From: Chrysomallon squamiferum
Taxonomy: Eukaryota > Animalia > Mollusca
Direction of reading: 5' to 3'
Assembly (NCBI GenBank): GCA_012295275.1
Contig: CM022679.1
Span: forward strand, 17,174,001 to 17,238,000
DNA: 64,000 nucleotides
Shown: positions 27,546 to 42,085 of the stretch, piece after piece
Numbering within the stretch: position 1 is the first letter of the stretch
How the letters are laid out: every line of letters begins with the position of its first letter
The notes under the pieces: generated by a model
Told to the model about the DNA's origin: nothing
Seen by the model: the letters and a program-made list of their open reading frames with translations, nothing else
Databases searched by the model: none
Translations under genes and position numbers: made by a program

Positions 27546-30500
27546 TATTTAATTCAAGAATGTTAATATTTTTTTTTTTTACAGAATAAAAAATTCTAAA
27601 ATTCTAAAATTAAAAAACAAACAAAAAAAAGCAGTAGTGACAAAATAACTAAAATCCTAGAATATTTCATCTGATAAATGTAAACCAAACACATTTGTAG
27701 CTCTGAAACTTACCTTAGATATCCTAGTAATTGAATGGTCAATGCCAACATGAATAAAATAAAGATTTTCTACCACTTGTTTTTTCACATGTATAAATTT
27801 GACATGTCTGCAAGTTCAGAAGTTGTTTTGGAAGAGACATGCTGCTTTGACATAGCCATGGACTCTGCACTGCTTAATGGCCATTAAGACCAAGACCACC
27901 AAGAAAAACAAATCCCAGGAGTTGTTTAAGTAATGAGGAAAATTTATGGTTTGCAGAAATATGAATTGAACTGGGCTTTCTGTGATCATCTGGAAGAAAT
28001 AATTGCTGTCATGTGGCAGGTGTCTGGAGAAGACTGAACTGTTTTCCTATCTGTTTAGATTATAACAGTGCCATGTTGTTTATTTGTGTGCAAAAATATA
28101 TAACACAGGTGTGACTCACTCTGTGTGATGATCATTGTATTGTTTGTTAGCATATTTAACTGTGCAGTGTGTCAGGTCAGGACATAATAAAGTGAGAGAG
28201 ATGGTCCATTGAAGCAGCAAATATGATTATAAATGAGCTATAATTTATTTTTCTTTACCTTTAACAGAACAGTAATTGGCTCAATAGTTAAAACTTAGGT
28301 ATGATATGTTGTCCAATGGCATGTTACCAGACATCCATGAAATACACATTTCTACAAAAATAGCTCTTGGATGCACTGATCAAAATAGATCTTGTGACCT
28401 CTCATACCTGAAGCCTATACTGTAACCAAGATTTTCTGATTCAAAACTATGAAAATATGTTGATGGTAAACTTTTATAAACCATCTGAGTTCTCTTCTTT
28501 ATTTTATTTCTTAAATAATTATTATACTATTTGAAACAACTGTCAGGGCTAAATACTCAGTAAGCAATATTTAATTATGTAAAACAAATATATATCAATT
28601 TAAAAACGTAACTAACCATTAATTAATAATCAGTTTTCCTACCTGTCACATTGGTAATATCCTGATCAAACAAATAACAAAGAATAATTTAATCAAGCAG
28701 GTGCTTGTTTGCACAGTATCCTTTGACAAATGCTCAAGTCAGCACTGCTCTGTCAGAGATACATCAGCTCTTTTACAGATTTCCTTTCACTGTCCACAGG
28801 TGCCTTGAATTCCACTGACAGAATATTGCAGTGGAATCTCAGCATTGCTCAGTGCTTTGGCCATTTCCACATACTGAATTGATTCAGCCTATGTGCAGAG
28901 TCTTGCTCCAGCAGTCTCTACATTACATTTCTGTAGCTGTGGCCACTGTCTCTCTATGTATCAACAATGACTGTTAGGTGAAAGCTATTTATTTGAAAAT
29001 ATGCTTGCCTCTTTAAGTCATATTTTACTGGTGTTTCAAAGTCATATATTTCAGGGAATATTTTGTTAATGAAACATTTTACAGCAGTTCATCTTGATAG
29101 AAATACATATCTATCATTGTCTGTTGCTATGGAGATAATATTAAAGGATACATCTCATAAAAATACTTACAGTTCTGAATTCCTATTAAAATAAAGAAAA
29201 AGAAGATACATATTTTGTATATACATTGGATATAAAATTTAAAAACAAATTTACAATTTACAGGATCCCTGCATTTTTGTTTCTACTTTTGTTTATGCTT
29301 AATAACTTTTCAAATAGGAGAAAGAATGATTTATTATCACAGAGTGTTAAAATTAAAGATACACCACTGAACTCTTGTCTGCCTTTTGATAATGTTATCG
29401 GTCTGCATTCTCAGAATATAGCTATAATTCTGTTTGGCAAATCATCAGCAGACCAGAAAATTTATCCTTATTGATTTTTTTTTTCATCTCAGTAGATGAT
29501 TCTCAGTGACACAGGGGGTAGTGGTTGAGAAGCTGACGTCCAAAATAATTCATTGTTAAAAGAACAAATTGCAGTTAAATGCATTAAATAGCAAAGGTCA
29601 CCTGATCACTGTAATAACCAGAGAAAGATGAATGACCAATTAAACTGTGAGGATTCTTTTAGATTGGGAATTATTTATGTCTGGTCTTGGCATTTTTGTT
29701 TCTTCTTGGGTCTTTTACAATTGGATTTGTAATTTCATTTTGATTCCTGAAATTTAGATGTTAAAAATATTTGGAAAAGCTTATTATTTAATTATGTTTT
29801 CTGTTTTTTACATTACTATTCCAATACCATATTTATTGTTAAATATTTGTATTATTATTTTTAGTTAATTTTGATTCTTTAGATTTGTGATAAGAATCAG
29901 AGAATACTGCTTTAATTTTGTGCATATTACTTTTCACAGAAGTAGGTTTTTTTAATTTTCTAATTTTTTATCAGTCTGTTGGATAGATGGTTTATACACA
30001 TTTTTCTGACTTTCCATTCAGTCAACATTCCTGTCTGCCAAAGCAGATGGAGTGGGCAATTTAGGATATATATTTATATCCATAAAATTCAACAAGCATG
30101 ACACAAACAATTAGAGTCTCTTCCAATACCACATGTAAACACTGATGTGAAGATGGATGATACAGCAAAAACATTCAGATGATGTTGTCATGCCAACTGC
30201 AATACATATCTTTCATAATTCTGAGTTGTTGTTTTTATACAAAGTCATCTCATAGAATTATGGCTAAAAGACTAATTTGCTCATTAATAAAAAAAATGTC
30301 CTTAATTTAATAGAAACACCTATTAAAATACCACCATCCTTTATTTTTTATTTGTATTAGATGAGAAAAGTTATGACTATTTTTGGTTTTAATATTGGTG
30401 CAGCCCATTTTACTTAATAATCTATATTAGATGCAGCAACAACCAGCATACTATCAATGTTAACAATCTAAGAAAAATGGAATATTTGTAATAAATGTAT

Positions 30501-31772
30501 TCAATAATGTTATACTTGTTTTAGTTTTTCTGTAACATTGTTTGGTGTTCAGTTCATTTGTTTTAATGGGGTTTTTTGTTGTTGTTGCTGTTTGTTTGGA
30601 AGTTGTTGTTTTTTAATAATAGATGATATTGAGAAATTTCTAATTCAGCAATTAATAAAAAAATATGTCAAAAAACAATACTATACAATCAAGATGTGTC
30701 ATTTAATAGTTTTATCACATCTTCTTTCTGAGCTGAATGTGTAAGTAAAAGCAGAATAATGCTATTTAAATGAAAGCAGAGATGTGTCTAAAAACAGTAC
30801 TGTACAATTGTGATATGTTTCCTAATAAAACTTAATCACTAGTTAGTTTTGAGCTGTGAATGCAAGTAAAAACAGAAGAATACTGTAGAAAGTGAAGGCT
30901 TACATATTAATTATCACAACTGTATAATTATTGTTATGATAAAGGATCATTACAAAACATTTAATTCAACATTTTATTTAAACAAACTGTTGATGAATGG
31001 GTTTATCTGTTTGAGCAGAAGTACAATCAGGAGACTTCTTGTCTGATGATCTGTAAGTACTTGAGCAAATATTAATCCCAAATGACATTTTCTTACAAGA
31101 TGAAAAGTAATTTTCAAAATGAATATTGCAATAATGGGAAACCATGCAATATTTTGTTTCTATACAACTGGTGCCAAGGTTATGTGTCTTGTTATATGTT
31201 GCCTTTACATGATTGGATAAAACCAATTTTCTGCTGCCCTCTCCAGCCAAGAGACAAGACTGGCTATACATCTGTGAGATACAGTGATTAGTTTGAAAAA
31301 TAACAGAGATTGAACACAAAAAAAAAGAAAGAAAAAAGCACCCAGAGTAAACTGTTTTCTTTCCAGAAGAGTTAAAATATATATCTAGTTCAGAACGGAA
31401 AGTTAGTCTGTGCACAATTCTTTTATCTATGTAGGGTCAGGAATATATATAGCTTGGTGGTTTGAATGAATAAGATTTAAGGAATCTCCCATTGTCTCTC
31501 TCTCATACTTTACCATTTTCTCTCTGCTTATTTGTGTTATGGAAATAACAATATTTTAAAGAACAAAAATTGTATTATGTATCATTTCATTTCTAGTAAA
31601 AAGTACATACTTAATTCTCCCTTCTTTAACTATTGAAACACTAAGCTGATGCAAGAGACTTATTAATTAAGTATATTTTATACAGAAAACAAATATTAAT
31701 TCATGCTGGACATTTCAGCTTTTACACAGTTCAATTATTGTTCTAATTTTACTTTCATGTCAGCAAGGAAAC

Positions 31773-31878
31773 TTTTAATACACCTTTCATTGGACAGAAA
31801 AAAACAAGGCAGGAAGGAATCTTTTATTATATACCTTTCATTAGAAAGAAAAAACAAGGCTGTGAATAATCTTTTATA
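31773..31878. repeat. Two-copy ~50-bp tandem duplication
   Basis: acctttcatt.ga.agaaaaaacaaggc...aatctttta occurs twice. Confidence 0.75.
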
Positions 31879-33002
31879 TGCAGCTTTTGTTTTATATTAT
31901 ATACAGATATATTTTTAAATGATTTATCTGTATTGTTTGGTCTTTTTATCTGTCTTATGCAGTTTCTTTACAAAAATCATTTGACATTTTACCACAGAAA
32001 TGAATAATTTGCATTGATTTTTTACTAGGACAAATTTAAAATAGCATCAAGAGAAAACTGACTTTTAGGTTTACTGTTAGCCTGTTTATTTAATTGACTG
32101 GACATTGTGTACCTTACACAAGGAATGTTCTCCATAGAAAACGAAGGTCGATTTCAGGTTTTGTCTATTTAATTTTTTTCCTTCATCTCTTGTTGAAACC
32201 ATAAGATATCAATACTGGTGACCAACAGGCCAGGATACAAGATTACTTTTCAAGTGTGCATGTTGTACAATAACAGCAGAGAAAATCTATAAGCTCTCTA
32301 TTGTAACAGACAGACCTTTACACAAATTCATTGTAATACTTGTTTTCTCATAAGTTTTCAGTGAAAATAATAAAAGAAAATCTGAAATTACAAAAATTCA
32401 TTGTAATAAAATGTGTTTTTACACACACACACACAAATATAAAATCCGAAATTTTTCATAAGTTTGTATATATGTAGCTTTTCAGTTTTGAAATAACATA
32501 TTTTTAACAATATGTTTTTGGTTTAAATGATGAATTATTTGTAATGCTTTATGACAGGGTCATCTGATAATACTGAAAAATATGAATGTTTGTTTTACTG
32601 TGTGCATGTTGATGTTGACTTTATCCTGTGAAGATTAGAATATTGAATTGTAGCAGCGATCTTCAGAGCTTCATTTTACTTTAGACCTTATAACAGTGGA
32701 TGAAAATCTTCCAGTTAAAAAACATTAGCACATAAATGGATTAAAGCAATGTATATGTATATATATATATGTATATTAGTAGATGGTAGGTGTGTGTATG
32801 TGTGTGGAGTGATACTGTGAGGGAACACATAGTTCATATATATTTTATGCTTAATTGACAATTGTTTTAAAATGTGTTCTTAATGCAGAAAAATTATATT
32901 TTTGATAGAACCTGGCACATTTGTCATCAGCTACAAATACTGGTTACAAAATTAGAAACATCTACTGACAAAAAAAAAAAAAAAAAGCCAGCAGAGACTC
33001 AC

Positions 33003-33040
33003 CTTGCACAAAACAAGATTTAATTCCATCAGAAATTCCA
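33003..33040 (-). ncRNA. Candidate 38-nt antisense exon
   Basis: Acceptor attatttcccttccag|, donor AAG|gtgagt. Same strand as the 514-nt candidate. Confidence 0.4.
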
Positions 33041-33779
33041 CTGGAAGGGAAATAATTGAATGTATGTAGATGCCTGAAATATGTTGTAATTACTTGCACA
33101 TCAACCTATCCAGATGGTAAGATAAAGCCATATTGTTGACCTTTGTCACATCCAGTGAAGGTAATTAGCAAAGTAAAAACATGAGTGAGGAAACTGTTGT
33201 AGTAGAATTACCTGTATTCACATTCTGATCAATATTCTCTTCATAGACTCTGCTGTCACACCAAGTATATTTCATTAAATATGGCTTGCTCTGCTTGTTT
33301 TGCATTATTAAAGCTGTGAACTCCTCAAACATATCAGATGAAATGTTTTGGGAAAACAAAATATAATTACTTGCATGGAATCATTGAATTTAATTTGCTT
33401 AATTGGTTCCTGTTCAACATTAATGTCTTGTATAAAATTGAAAAATGAATTTATATATATATATAAACAATAAAAAACACAAAAAAAACCCAAACAATAA
33501 CAGCAACACACACACACACTCACACAGACACACACGCACACACACAAATCGTTTAATAACATCTCTGATGATCAACGTTAATTTTGTAAAGCATTTCATA
33601 TTTATTATAAAAACAAAAATGATTTTATTTTAGAAAGCAGAAAACTTGTCCTTTATGTTTTATTATTGTTTTTATTTGTTTTGGTTAAATATATATATTG
33701 TTTGCTAATTATTTTATGATTTTACATTATCTTTTGTTATTAACTAATATGGATTAGATTATGTATTTATTTGGTAAGT

Positions 33780-34038
33780 CATGTATTGTTATGTTAACTC
33801 ATGTATAGATAATCTGACTACATCTGTATTACTGTGTTAACTCATGCAGACAGTCTGACTTTATGTATATTACTGTGTAACTCATGTATAGTCTGACTTC
33901 ATGTGTATTTCTGTGTAAGTCATGTACAGACAGTTTGACTACATGTGTATTACAGCATTAACTCACAGACATTCTGACTCATCTTACTACTTGTATATTA
34001 TTGTGTTAATTCATGTACAGACAGTCTGACTACATGTG
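33780..34038. repeat. Degenerate ~40-bp minisatellite, ~6 copies (aactcatgtacagacagtctgactacatgtgtattactgtgt)
   Basis: Recurrent ctcatgta...gtctgact...atgtgtatt blocks. Confidence 0.85.
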
Positions 34039-34939
34039 AATTAAACATAATGCAACATGTTTCAGGCAAAGATCAATGTTAACAATTACATTGATTACTG
34101 TTACAATGCTGCTTGTTTGAAGATGTATTAAAATTTTAACAGTCTATAATTGTTCATAATTGCTGCATGGAATACAATCTTTAACTGTGATCATATCTAA
34201 GATATAAATTATTCTGATTGAACAGCAGTCAAAATGTTGTATATCAGAAAATATTTACAACTAAAATATTACTGAACTTCATGCTAGTTTTCATGATGAG
34301 AAAAGTGAAAATAATTTTTAAAACAATACCAGTAATGCTTTGTTTTTTAAATTAAAAATTAAGAAATAAATTAGTAAATAAAAAAAAAAAAAGAAAAAAA
34401 AAAGTAAAATTAATTAATTAAACAACTGAAATATAAAAATATTTATAATCTTACATTAATATATGTCAGCAGTTTCATATTAAAAAAAAAAGCCTATGTT
34501 TTGTATTTTTAAAATTGTCTAATTTGTATGATAAGGTTTTAAAAATGATAGTTTCAAGCAGAAAATATTCTCATAAAATGTTTTTTTTTTTTTTTTTATA
34601 TATATATGGTGGAAGTAAGTCAGTTTAATATAGAAACGAAAGCATTCGAAATGATAGCATTGCTTCACCTATGCTGGGTCCATACTTTTAGTCATTTTAT
34701 TTGTAGAATCAGCTCAATATATTTATCTGTTAATCCAGTTTTGCAACAGTATATTTTATTTTAAATATTTATTTATTTTTAAAGATTTTTGCAGTCCAAA
34801 ACAAACAAATATTGGAATCAAAAAGCATATTATATAAAAAGTGAAATAAATAAAATGGAGATTAACATTAGAATTTTTTTCATTAAAAATAATTTTGTCA
34901 CATACATACATGAACATGCATACATACATAAAGGTTCAT

Positions 34940-34940
<1 letters not shown>

Positions 34941-34996
<56 letters not shown>
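34941..34996. repeat. (TC)n(TA)n(TG)n compound microsatellite
   Basis: Direct reading. Confidence 0.95.
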
Positions 34997-34997
<1 letters not shown>

Positions 34998-36203
34998 TGT
35001 GTGAGAATATGTATGTATGTATGTGTGTACATTCTGACACTGGTGTTTTCAAACAAGCAATAACACAAATGATCTGTTTTTGTTGCCAATAACTTTAAAG
35101 CTAGTCTATTCAGTGTGAAATCTAGCAAATGAGTGCAGTAAATTTGTAATTGTATTATTTCTGCTGACAGCACAGGCTCACAGCATGACAGAATTATTAC
35201 AATAGTATGTACACTATATAAAACTTATAGTTTCTATCCTGTCACATAAACAAGAAAATGGCAAGAAAGCAATGCATCATTCTTCAGTAGGAAACAATTC
35301 TCTGGGGTTTTTTTTTATTAGAAGTATTCATTTTCTGCAACTGAAAATAAGATGTCTAGTTTAAAGTTTATTTTCAGAACATTAATTGATTGTAGTGGAA
35401 ATAATTAAAGATTTGCACAAATGTAGAATTCAAGAAATAAATTATTAGTTATAAAAAGAGTTTGGCTTAATGTTGTTTGTTTAATGTTCTTGCTCAGACA
35501 TTTATCTTCATAGCAAAATAAAATTCTTAGATTTGTCACTATTTTTGTCAGTTTATTGTTGTTATCAAATGTAAATTAAATGATCATTTGTAAAGCTTAA
35601 TGAAAATCATTTATATACCATACAGTTATGATGTCTGTGTTTTATGCTTTCTTCAGACTGAAATAATACTTACTTTCCTTTCAATCATTCTTCTTTCAAC
35701 TTTTATGACAATTTTAGGAGAAAATTCAAAAAGAAAAAAAAAGGTTTTGACTGATTTGACAAGTTTGTTTCAGTAAAATTTTATGCATATTATTACTTAT
35801 TTAGTGGTTGTGAAGTTCATTTACTTTTTGTAATATGTAGTTTCCAGTTTCAGACTGTAGAAAGTTCATATAAATCTTTAACCAAGAATTTAATATATCT
35901 AAAAATGTATTTTTAAAAAGCATCCAAAAAATATTATTATTATTTTATTATAATTATTGTTTTTTGGTTTGTAGGTGTTTTTTTTAAAATTTATTTTCTT
36001 TTCTGAATATTTAATAAAATTGTAACTGTTGTCATGAATGGAAGCTACTCAGATTAATATTAAGAACAACTTGTTGGAGATGAATTAAAGAACAAACAGA
36101 AAATACCAGTTAAAGTTTGTAGTTTTAAAATCACATATAAACATCTTTCTGTTAGATGAAATAATTAACTTAATTAAATACTATATATTGTATTTCTTCT
36201 CAG

Positions 36204-36261
36204 CTGAAGAGGAAATTGATTGAAGATGTCAATATTCATGGTACAGAAAATGTTCTTAAAG
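36204..36261 (+). CDS. SDR42E1: SDR42E1-like exon: LKRKLIEDVNIHGTENVLK(G)
   Basis: Acceptor tatttcttctcag|, donor G|gtaaga. Contains the extended-SDR 'VNxxGTxNVL' motif. Its phase-1 end matches the next exon. Confidence 0.9.
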
Positions 36262-39200
36262 GTAAGAATTGCTACTAGACTGAATGTGTTTATGGATGAA
36301 TGTAATGTAATTGGTAATAATAATTTTAAATAATCAGGGAAGATAAATGATCTTTTGTGACATCAGTTAAATACACTGGTACATATATGCTATAAATACA
36401 AAAGCTCATTATTTCCACACATGTATCCCACATATAAGTATTTACAGATGTATATATCCAGACATAAATGTATACAAATGTTTACAACTGTAAACACACA
36501 AATATTTGCACATATTACAATTAATATCATTTATTTTTAAAAAAAAGACTGTTGATCTATTATGATAAAATTTGAATTATAATCATGATTAAAATAAATA
36601 AATAATAAAATAATAATAATAAAAATAAAAAAGTGTTCTGTAACTTAGTATTAGGCAGGATAAATCCTTTTTGTTCCTCCATTCATACTGTTTCTTATTT
36701 TAACTAGTCCTCTGTCACTGAAATGTCTTTTTAACCATGAGGGGAATGGAGTAGATCTATATGTGCTAACTACTAAGGGTGGTGTTTGAAGTGAAAATAG
36801 CAGATTTTAACATTGTTGTTAGTTTTAACATCTGAAAAATCATTAATCTTGAGATTGCATTAGTTAAATTAATTAATGTTTTATTAAAATTACTGGAATT
36901 CTTTAGCACTAGTATATTTTTAATTACATTTCTTTTAATCAGAACACAGAGATCAGCTTTATTTTGCAGATGATTAAAAGCAAATATAATACCTTCATTA
37001 CTTCATGAAATGACAATTTAAAAAAATGTATATTTAAATGATTAAATGTGGAAAAATATTACTATGTTATGAAATAATTAAATTAATTGTTAATTAAAAC
37101 TATACTAAGCTTCACATTAAGAATAACAACATTGGTGATTCCATTTACCACATTAATTTACAAAATTCATAACAGGTAGTTATATCCAAGATGAAAGGGA
37201 TAATCTGGATTCCAAATTACATACGAATTAGTATCAGTTATTAGAGTTTTTAATCACATTAAAATAACATTAAAATCACATTAAAATAACATTAAAATAG
37301 TTAATGCATACATTAAAGGCTTTTTTTTGCCATATTTATAGAAGAAAAAAATTATTAAAAAAAAAGGGTAACTGCAGAACACTTGTAGTGGATTTGTGGT
37401 GTCCTCCTAGAAACTTGAACTCTTCATATAGATATGATCTCATCTGTAGAATAAAGTTAGCCTTAGTTCCTATGTGTCATCATATTGATCCACCAGCACT
37501 GCCTTTCTCTGACCATCATGTACAGTTAATCACAGATGAAACTTACAGCCCTGTAGAGGCAACTTTTCTTTCAAAGAAAACTTATCTACATCAGCAGCAG
37601 AGGCTTGATTAATTTCTGCCACAGTCGTCTTCAATTTCCCTTGATTAGATTCTTCTTTGATACACTGCCGTTTCTTTCTAATATTTTGGTTGATGTCTGA
37701 CACTGTTTTTTAACTTTAAAAAAAGAAATGTATTGTTTTTAATCCTCTGTTTAGTTTGAACCTTTTTAATCTTCTCATCAGTAGGGAATGGAATCAATAC
37801 TTTTCTACATACCAGTTGCTGTTACATGTTTCAGCTGTTGTTGGTATGTTAAAGGTTCCAGTTTTCTTAGATGTACATATATAAAAAATTGCTTTTAAAA
37901 CCATTTAAGTTACAATCAAAGTCCAGTTTTTAATCATTAAATTTCATTCATCCTTGAGTGACCATTCACCAGTTTCAGAAGTGTTGATGAAAAAAGAGGT
38001 TTAGTGACTGAGAGTAAATCATTAATTGGTATCATTGGGTTTTTCTGAGGTGTTATCAGATTAAAATAATAATAAAAACTTTTCATTTCATAATGATGAA
38101 ATTTTAATAATAAAATGATTCATTTCAAACACTGCTAATTCTCATAATAGGAAAATATAAAAATATATACCAGTATATATAGCAAAAACTATCAATGTAA
38201 ACTATCAGTGTAAACCAGATGCTAACATTTTCCATTAAGGAGAATATTGATTTTTTAATAATCTTCTATGCAGGTGTGTATCTTGTAGTTCATGTTAAGA
38301 CAATCTTTTTCTATATTACTGAAGAATAAACAACATATATACATCAGAAATTTTCAATCACTGATTTTCTAGAACTTCTTGTTCAAGGACAGAATTACAG
38401 TAAATTTCAGTTCAGTGGGAGGCTACTTAAATACTGCATACATAGGACTGTACACTGTTGATGGTGATCATTTTGTTTCAAGAATCATTTAGCAGAATTG
38501 TAATCTGGCATGCTTTAGAACCAGGGGTTTAGGAATATTCAGTTCATTAGTAAATATATCATTTATAAATTAATTATTTTGTTTACATATGAAAACATAT
38601 ACAAAACTTTTCATTAATGACCAATGTTTGCATAAAATTTGGAAAAATTCAGTTCTGTAGGAAATATAGTATTTTTATGTATGTAAGCTTTTGAAATAAT
38701 TCAATTATTTTGTCTGCATGTGAAAATATATAAAAATCCTTTCATTTATGATTTATGTCATTTCTTTTATATACTTATAAAACCTGTTTAAAACTAAACT
38801 AAAGAAAACTCAAATAAATGTTTAAGATTTATCTAAAACTTATTTCCACAGTACACACACACACACACACATATATATAACCTATTTCCTCCTGTTCTAA
38901 CTAGTGTTCCATAAGTTGTTTATCATTTTCTTTTTGTTTGACATTCATATTGTAATAGTATTAACAGACATTTTTTAAAAACTGGCAGAATGTTCAACAA
39001 ATGTTGTTTTTTTTTTTTTTTTTTAAACTTATTTTTCAGACCATTTATTTTTCTTATTTAAAGTAGAAACCAAAGACAAAAACAAAGGTGTAATTCATGT
39101 AATAAAATACTGCATGCAGTTTTCCAATATAGTTATTAAACTAGTTTGGGGTATTAAAAAAAAAATGAAAAGAACACAACTAAGCATAAAATCGTTTGCC

Positions 39201-39859
39201 TAATGCCATTTTGCTAGGATTAATGCCCCATAAAATCAATTTTCTATTATAATTAATGACTTAATGTACTGGCTGCAATTACACATTGATTGTACAGATA
39301 TGTTCATCATACGAGGTAATAACATGTTAGATGTTCACTCTGTTGTCAGTACTAGTATACCTAATGGCTGGATTCACACTGCTGGGGTACAGTTTAGTTA
39401 ACTGTATTGTACTCATTTTGGAAAATGTAGACAAAGGATTCAACCAGCTTTGTATAACTCTATTTTTTTATTTGTTATTATTATTATTTTTTATCTTAGA
39501 ATAGATGGATTTTTCCATTGCTCATTGGAACACTTTATCTTGAAAGTTATATTTGCCTGCAGTAATGTGTGCCCCCTTTTGTAAAATCTGGATTTGAAAC
39601 CCTTATATTTGAGATCCTCTGAATAATGGAGAGAAAAGATAAAATAAAAACGACATGATAATAAAAAAAAAATTGTCACTCACATTTTATTTGTTTATTT
39701 ATTTATAGCTTTTCATATTCGAATTTACTTTTAAAAACAAACACTTTAGATTATTTGATTTGAAAGCCCTAGAATTATTAAATTTTTAAATTACATTTTG
39801 TTGTAATTCTTGTATATTTAAGGTGATCTAATTATCTGGAAGCAATCTAATTATTATAG

Positions 39860-40260
39860 AAAAAACAAAACAGAATGTTATGTTGAAAGAGATGATTAAT
39901 TTTTATTATGTTTTACAAGAATATAATTATTTTCATTTGATGTAAAGACACATACATGGAAAACATATCTTTGGTTGACTCCTCCATAAAACAGAAATAG
40001 TTTTATGTGGAAAGAGATGATCAATTCATCCTCCTTTTTATTATTTTTGTATTCAAAAATATAAAAACATTTCATTTGATATAAATATACATACAGGGAA
40101 AAATATGCATCTTAAACACACTTATGTACAGTAATTAACAAAAGAAAAATAATCATAATTGTTTTGAAATAGATTATTTATTTTTATTAGTTTGGTTTCA
40201 AAAAATTAAATTTGTACACACAAACACAGGAAAAACATGTATGTCTGTAGGACTCCTGCA
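39860..40260. repeat. Degenerate ~140-bp tandem repeat, ~3 copies
   Basis: tttcatttgat.taaa.a.acataca.ggaaaa at ~39931 and ~40070, with a weaker copy at ~40211; gaaagagatgat occurs twice. Confidence 0.6.
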
Positions 40261-41934
40261 AGAGCCAAGAGCCAAGTAACTACTTTTAGAATTTTAATTA
40301 CATTTTATACTTCACCCACACTGGTAAGTTTGCTTTTAATACAAGACAAGGATCTTGGACTCAAAATGTAAACATTTTAAGACAAGGCTATGAAGTATAT
40401 TTTTATTCTTACAGTAAATAAATATATTTAGATTACATTTAAGAGAACAATTTTGTGCATTTGGCAGTATAATTATATCTTGAGTGACTTAAAAATAGAA
40501 ATAACCTTTATAAGAATTTTTTACATAGTCTGAGATAAAGTAATAATAAAACAGACTGAAAAGTACGTTGATTACAGCAGGGACAAAAATGTCAGTTTGA
40601 AATATTCCTAGAACTAAAAATTATAACATCAAGTTAGTACTGACATAAAAGTCAGAGTTAGGTTATTAAATAAAAAAATTTTGATCATTAAATTATATCA
40701 AATTTAATTGGGTATTATTGATGATTTTTTTCTTTCAAGGCTGTTACAAGTTAAGTTTAGATAAAAGAAAACTCATAATTTTGTTTTACCTTTCTGTATG
40801 ATTACTTTTGTTATTTTTCTTTTTACGTAAAGAGGTTATCAACATGACAATAAATCAAACATACTAAATTAGCAGCTTATCTCTGAGTTTCTTGTTAATA
40901 GTTTGTGGTGTTCAGAATTTCTGTTAAAAATTGCATGAGCTGTACAAGAAATAACAAGTAATATTTTTTTTCTAGTCTTTTTCAGTTTCCCTTTTCAAAG
41001 CTTGTTGAAGATCTAATCAATAGACTTTGTTGCAAACAAGCCATCACAAATGTGCTTTGTGCTGCAAACATCTAAGTTTATGTTACAACTCATTATTGTT
41101 TATGGTTTTAGACATCAATGGCTAATTTTTTTTCCACAAAAAGTAATTACAGGTAGAATTATGTTTTGCTACTTGCTTTTGATGTCAGCACACTACAGCA
41201 ATAAACATTTTTATAAAAACAAGAAAAAGAAAATATTCATTATAGTATTTTTTTATCTGCCAACAAACATGAAATGTAATAGAAATAAAATGAAAAGATG
41301 AGGAAAGAATTAATATAAAAAAAAAACAAATTCTGAGTTTCTGATCTGATCTTCAGTTTCTGGTTATCTTAAAAAATATTATACATAGACTAATCATTAA
41401 TAGATGGAATAATGGAGGTAACTTTAATTTTTATTGACATACTTTTTTTTAATGAAACTAATTTTAACTTGAAAATTGCATCTGTCACTAATGGTAATCT
41501 TCCTGTTTTGTTTCCCAGCATGACATAAAATCTTTTATTTTGTTTTCAGATATTTTTAACAGTATATTCTTTAGTTTTCTGGTATGAGTATCTAAAAGGT
41601 TTGATTCAAATCTTTGATAAAAAGATACACAGCAACCATGATGTAAGATTTGTCAGGTAGTAGGTGATGAACAGGTGTTTGGGGAACATCTAAAACATCT
41701 TCCCACTAGAGATCTCTGCTGAATCATGTTATTTGCCTGTCTTTGTTTTTAATTAAGTGGTCAGCATTCATTGACAACAGCAATACCAAAGGGAATTTTA
41801 GTCAGTTTGCATGAAATGAATAAATTAGAACTGATTATCTCAAAGCATTAATCATCAGTTACCATTTATATATTGATGAGAAATTAAATTCATTGCTGGG
41901 ATTTCAATGGGTAATATTTTGAATCAGTAGTTTG

Positions 41935-42011
41935 TTCTTACAGACAGAAAAACACATATTACAGCCTTTGATAATCCATTACTGCCCCTGCACGAATGGG
42001 AAATAGCTCAA
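41935..42011 (-). mobile_element. SINE-like fragment, inverted
   Basis: Reverse complement ttatcaaaggctgtaatatgtgtttttctgtctgt matches the copies at 23.69 kb and 51.76 kb. Confidence 0.55.
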
Positions 42012-42035
42012 CACACACACACACACACACCCACC

Positions 42036-42083
<48 letters not shown>
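42011..42083. repeat. (AC)n/(CCAC)n microsatellite
   Basis: Direct reading; abuts a SINE-like fragment. Confidence 0.95.
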
Positions 42084-42085
<2 letters not shown>

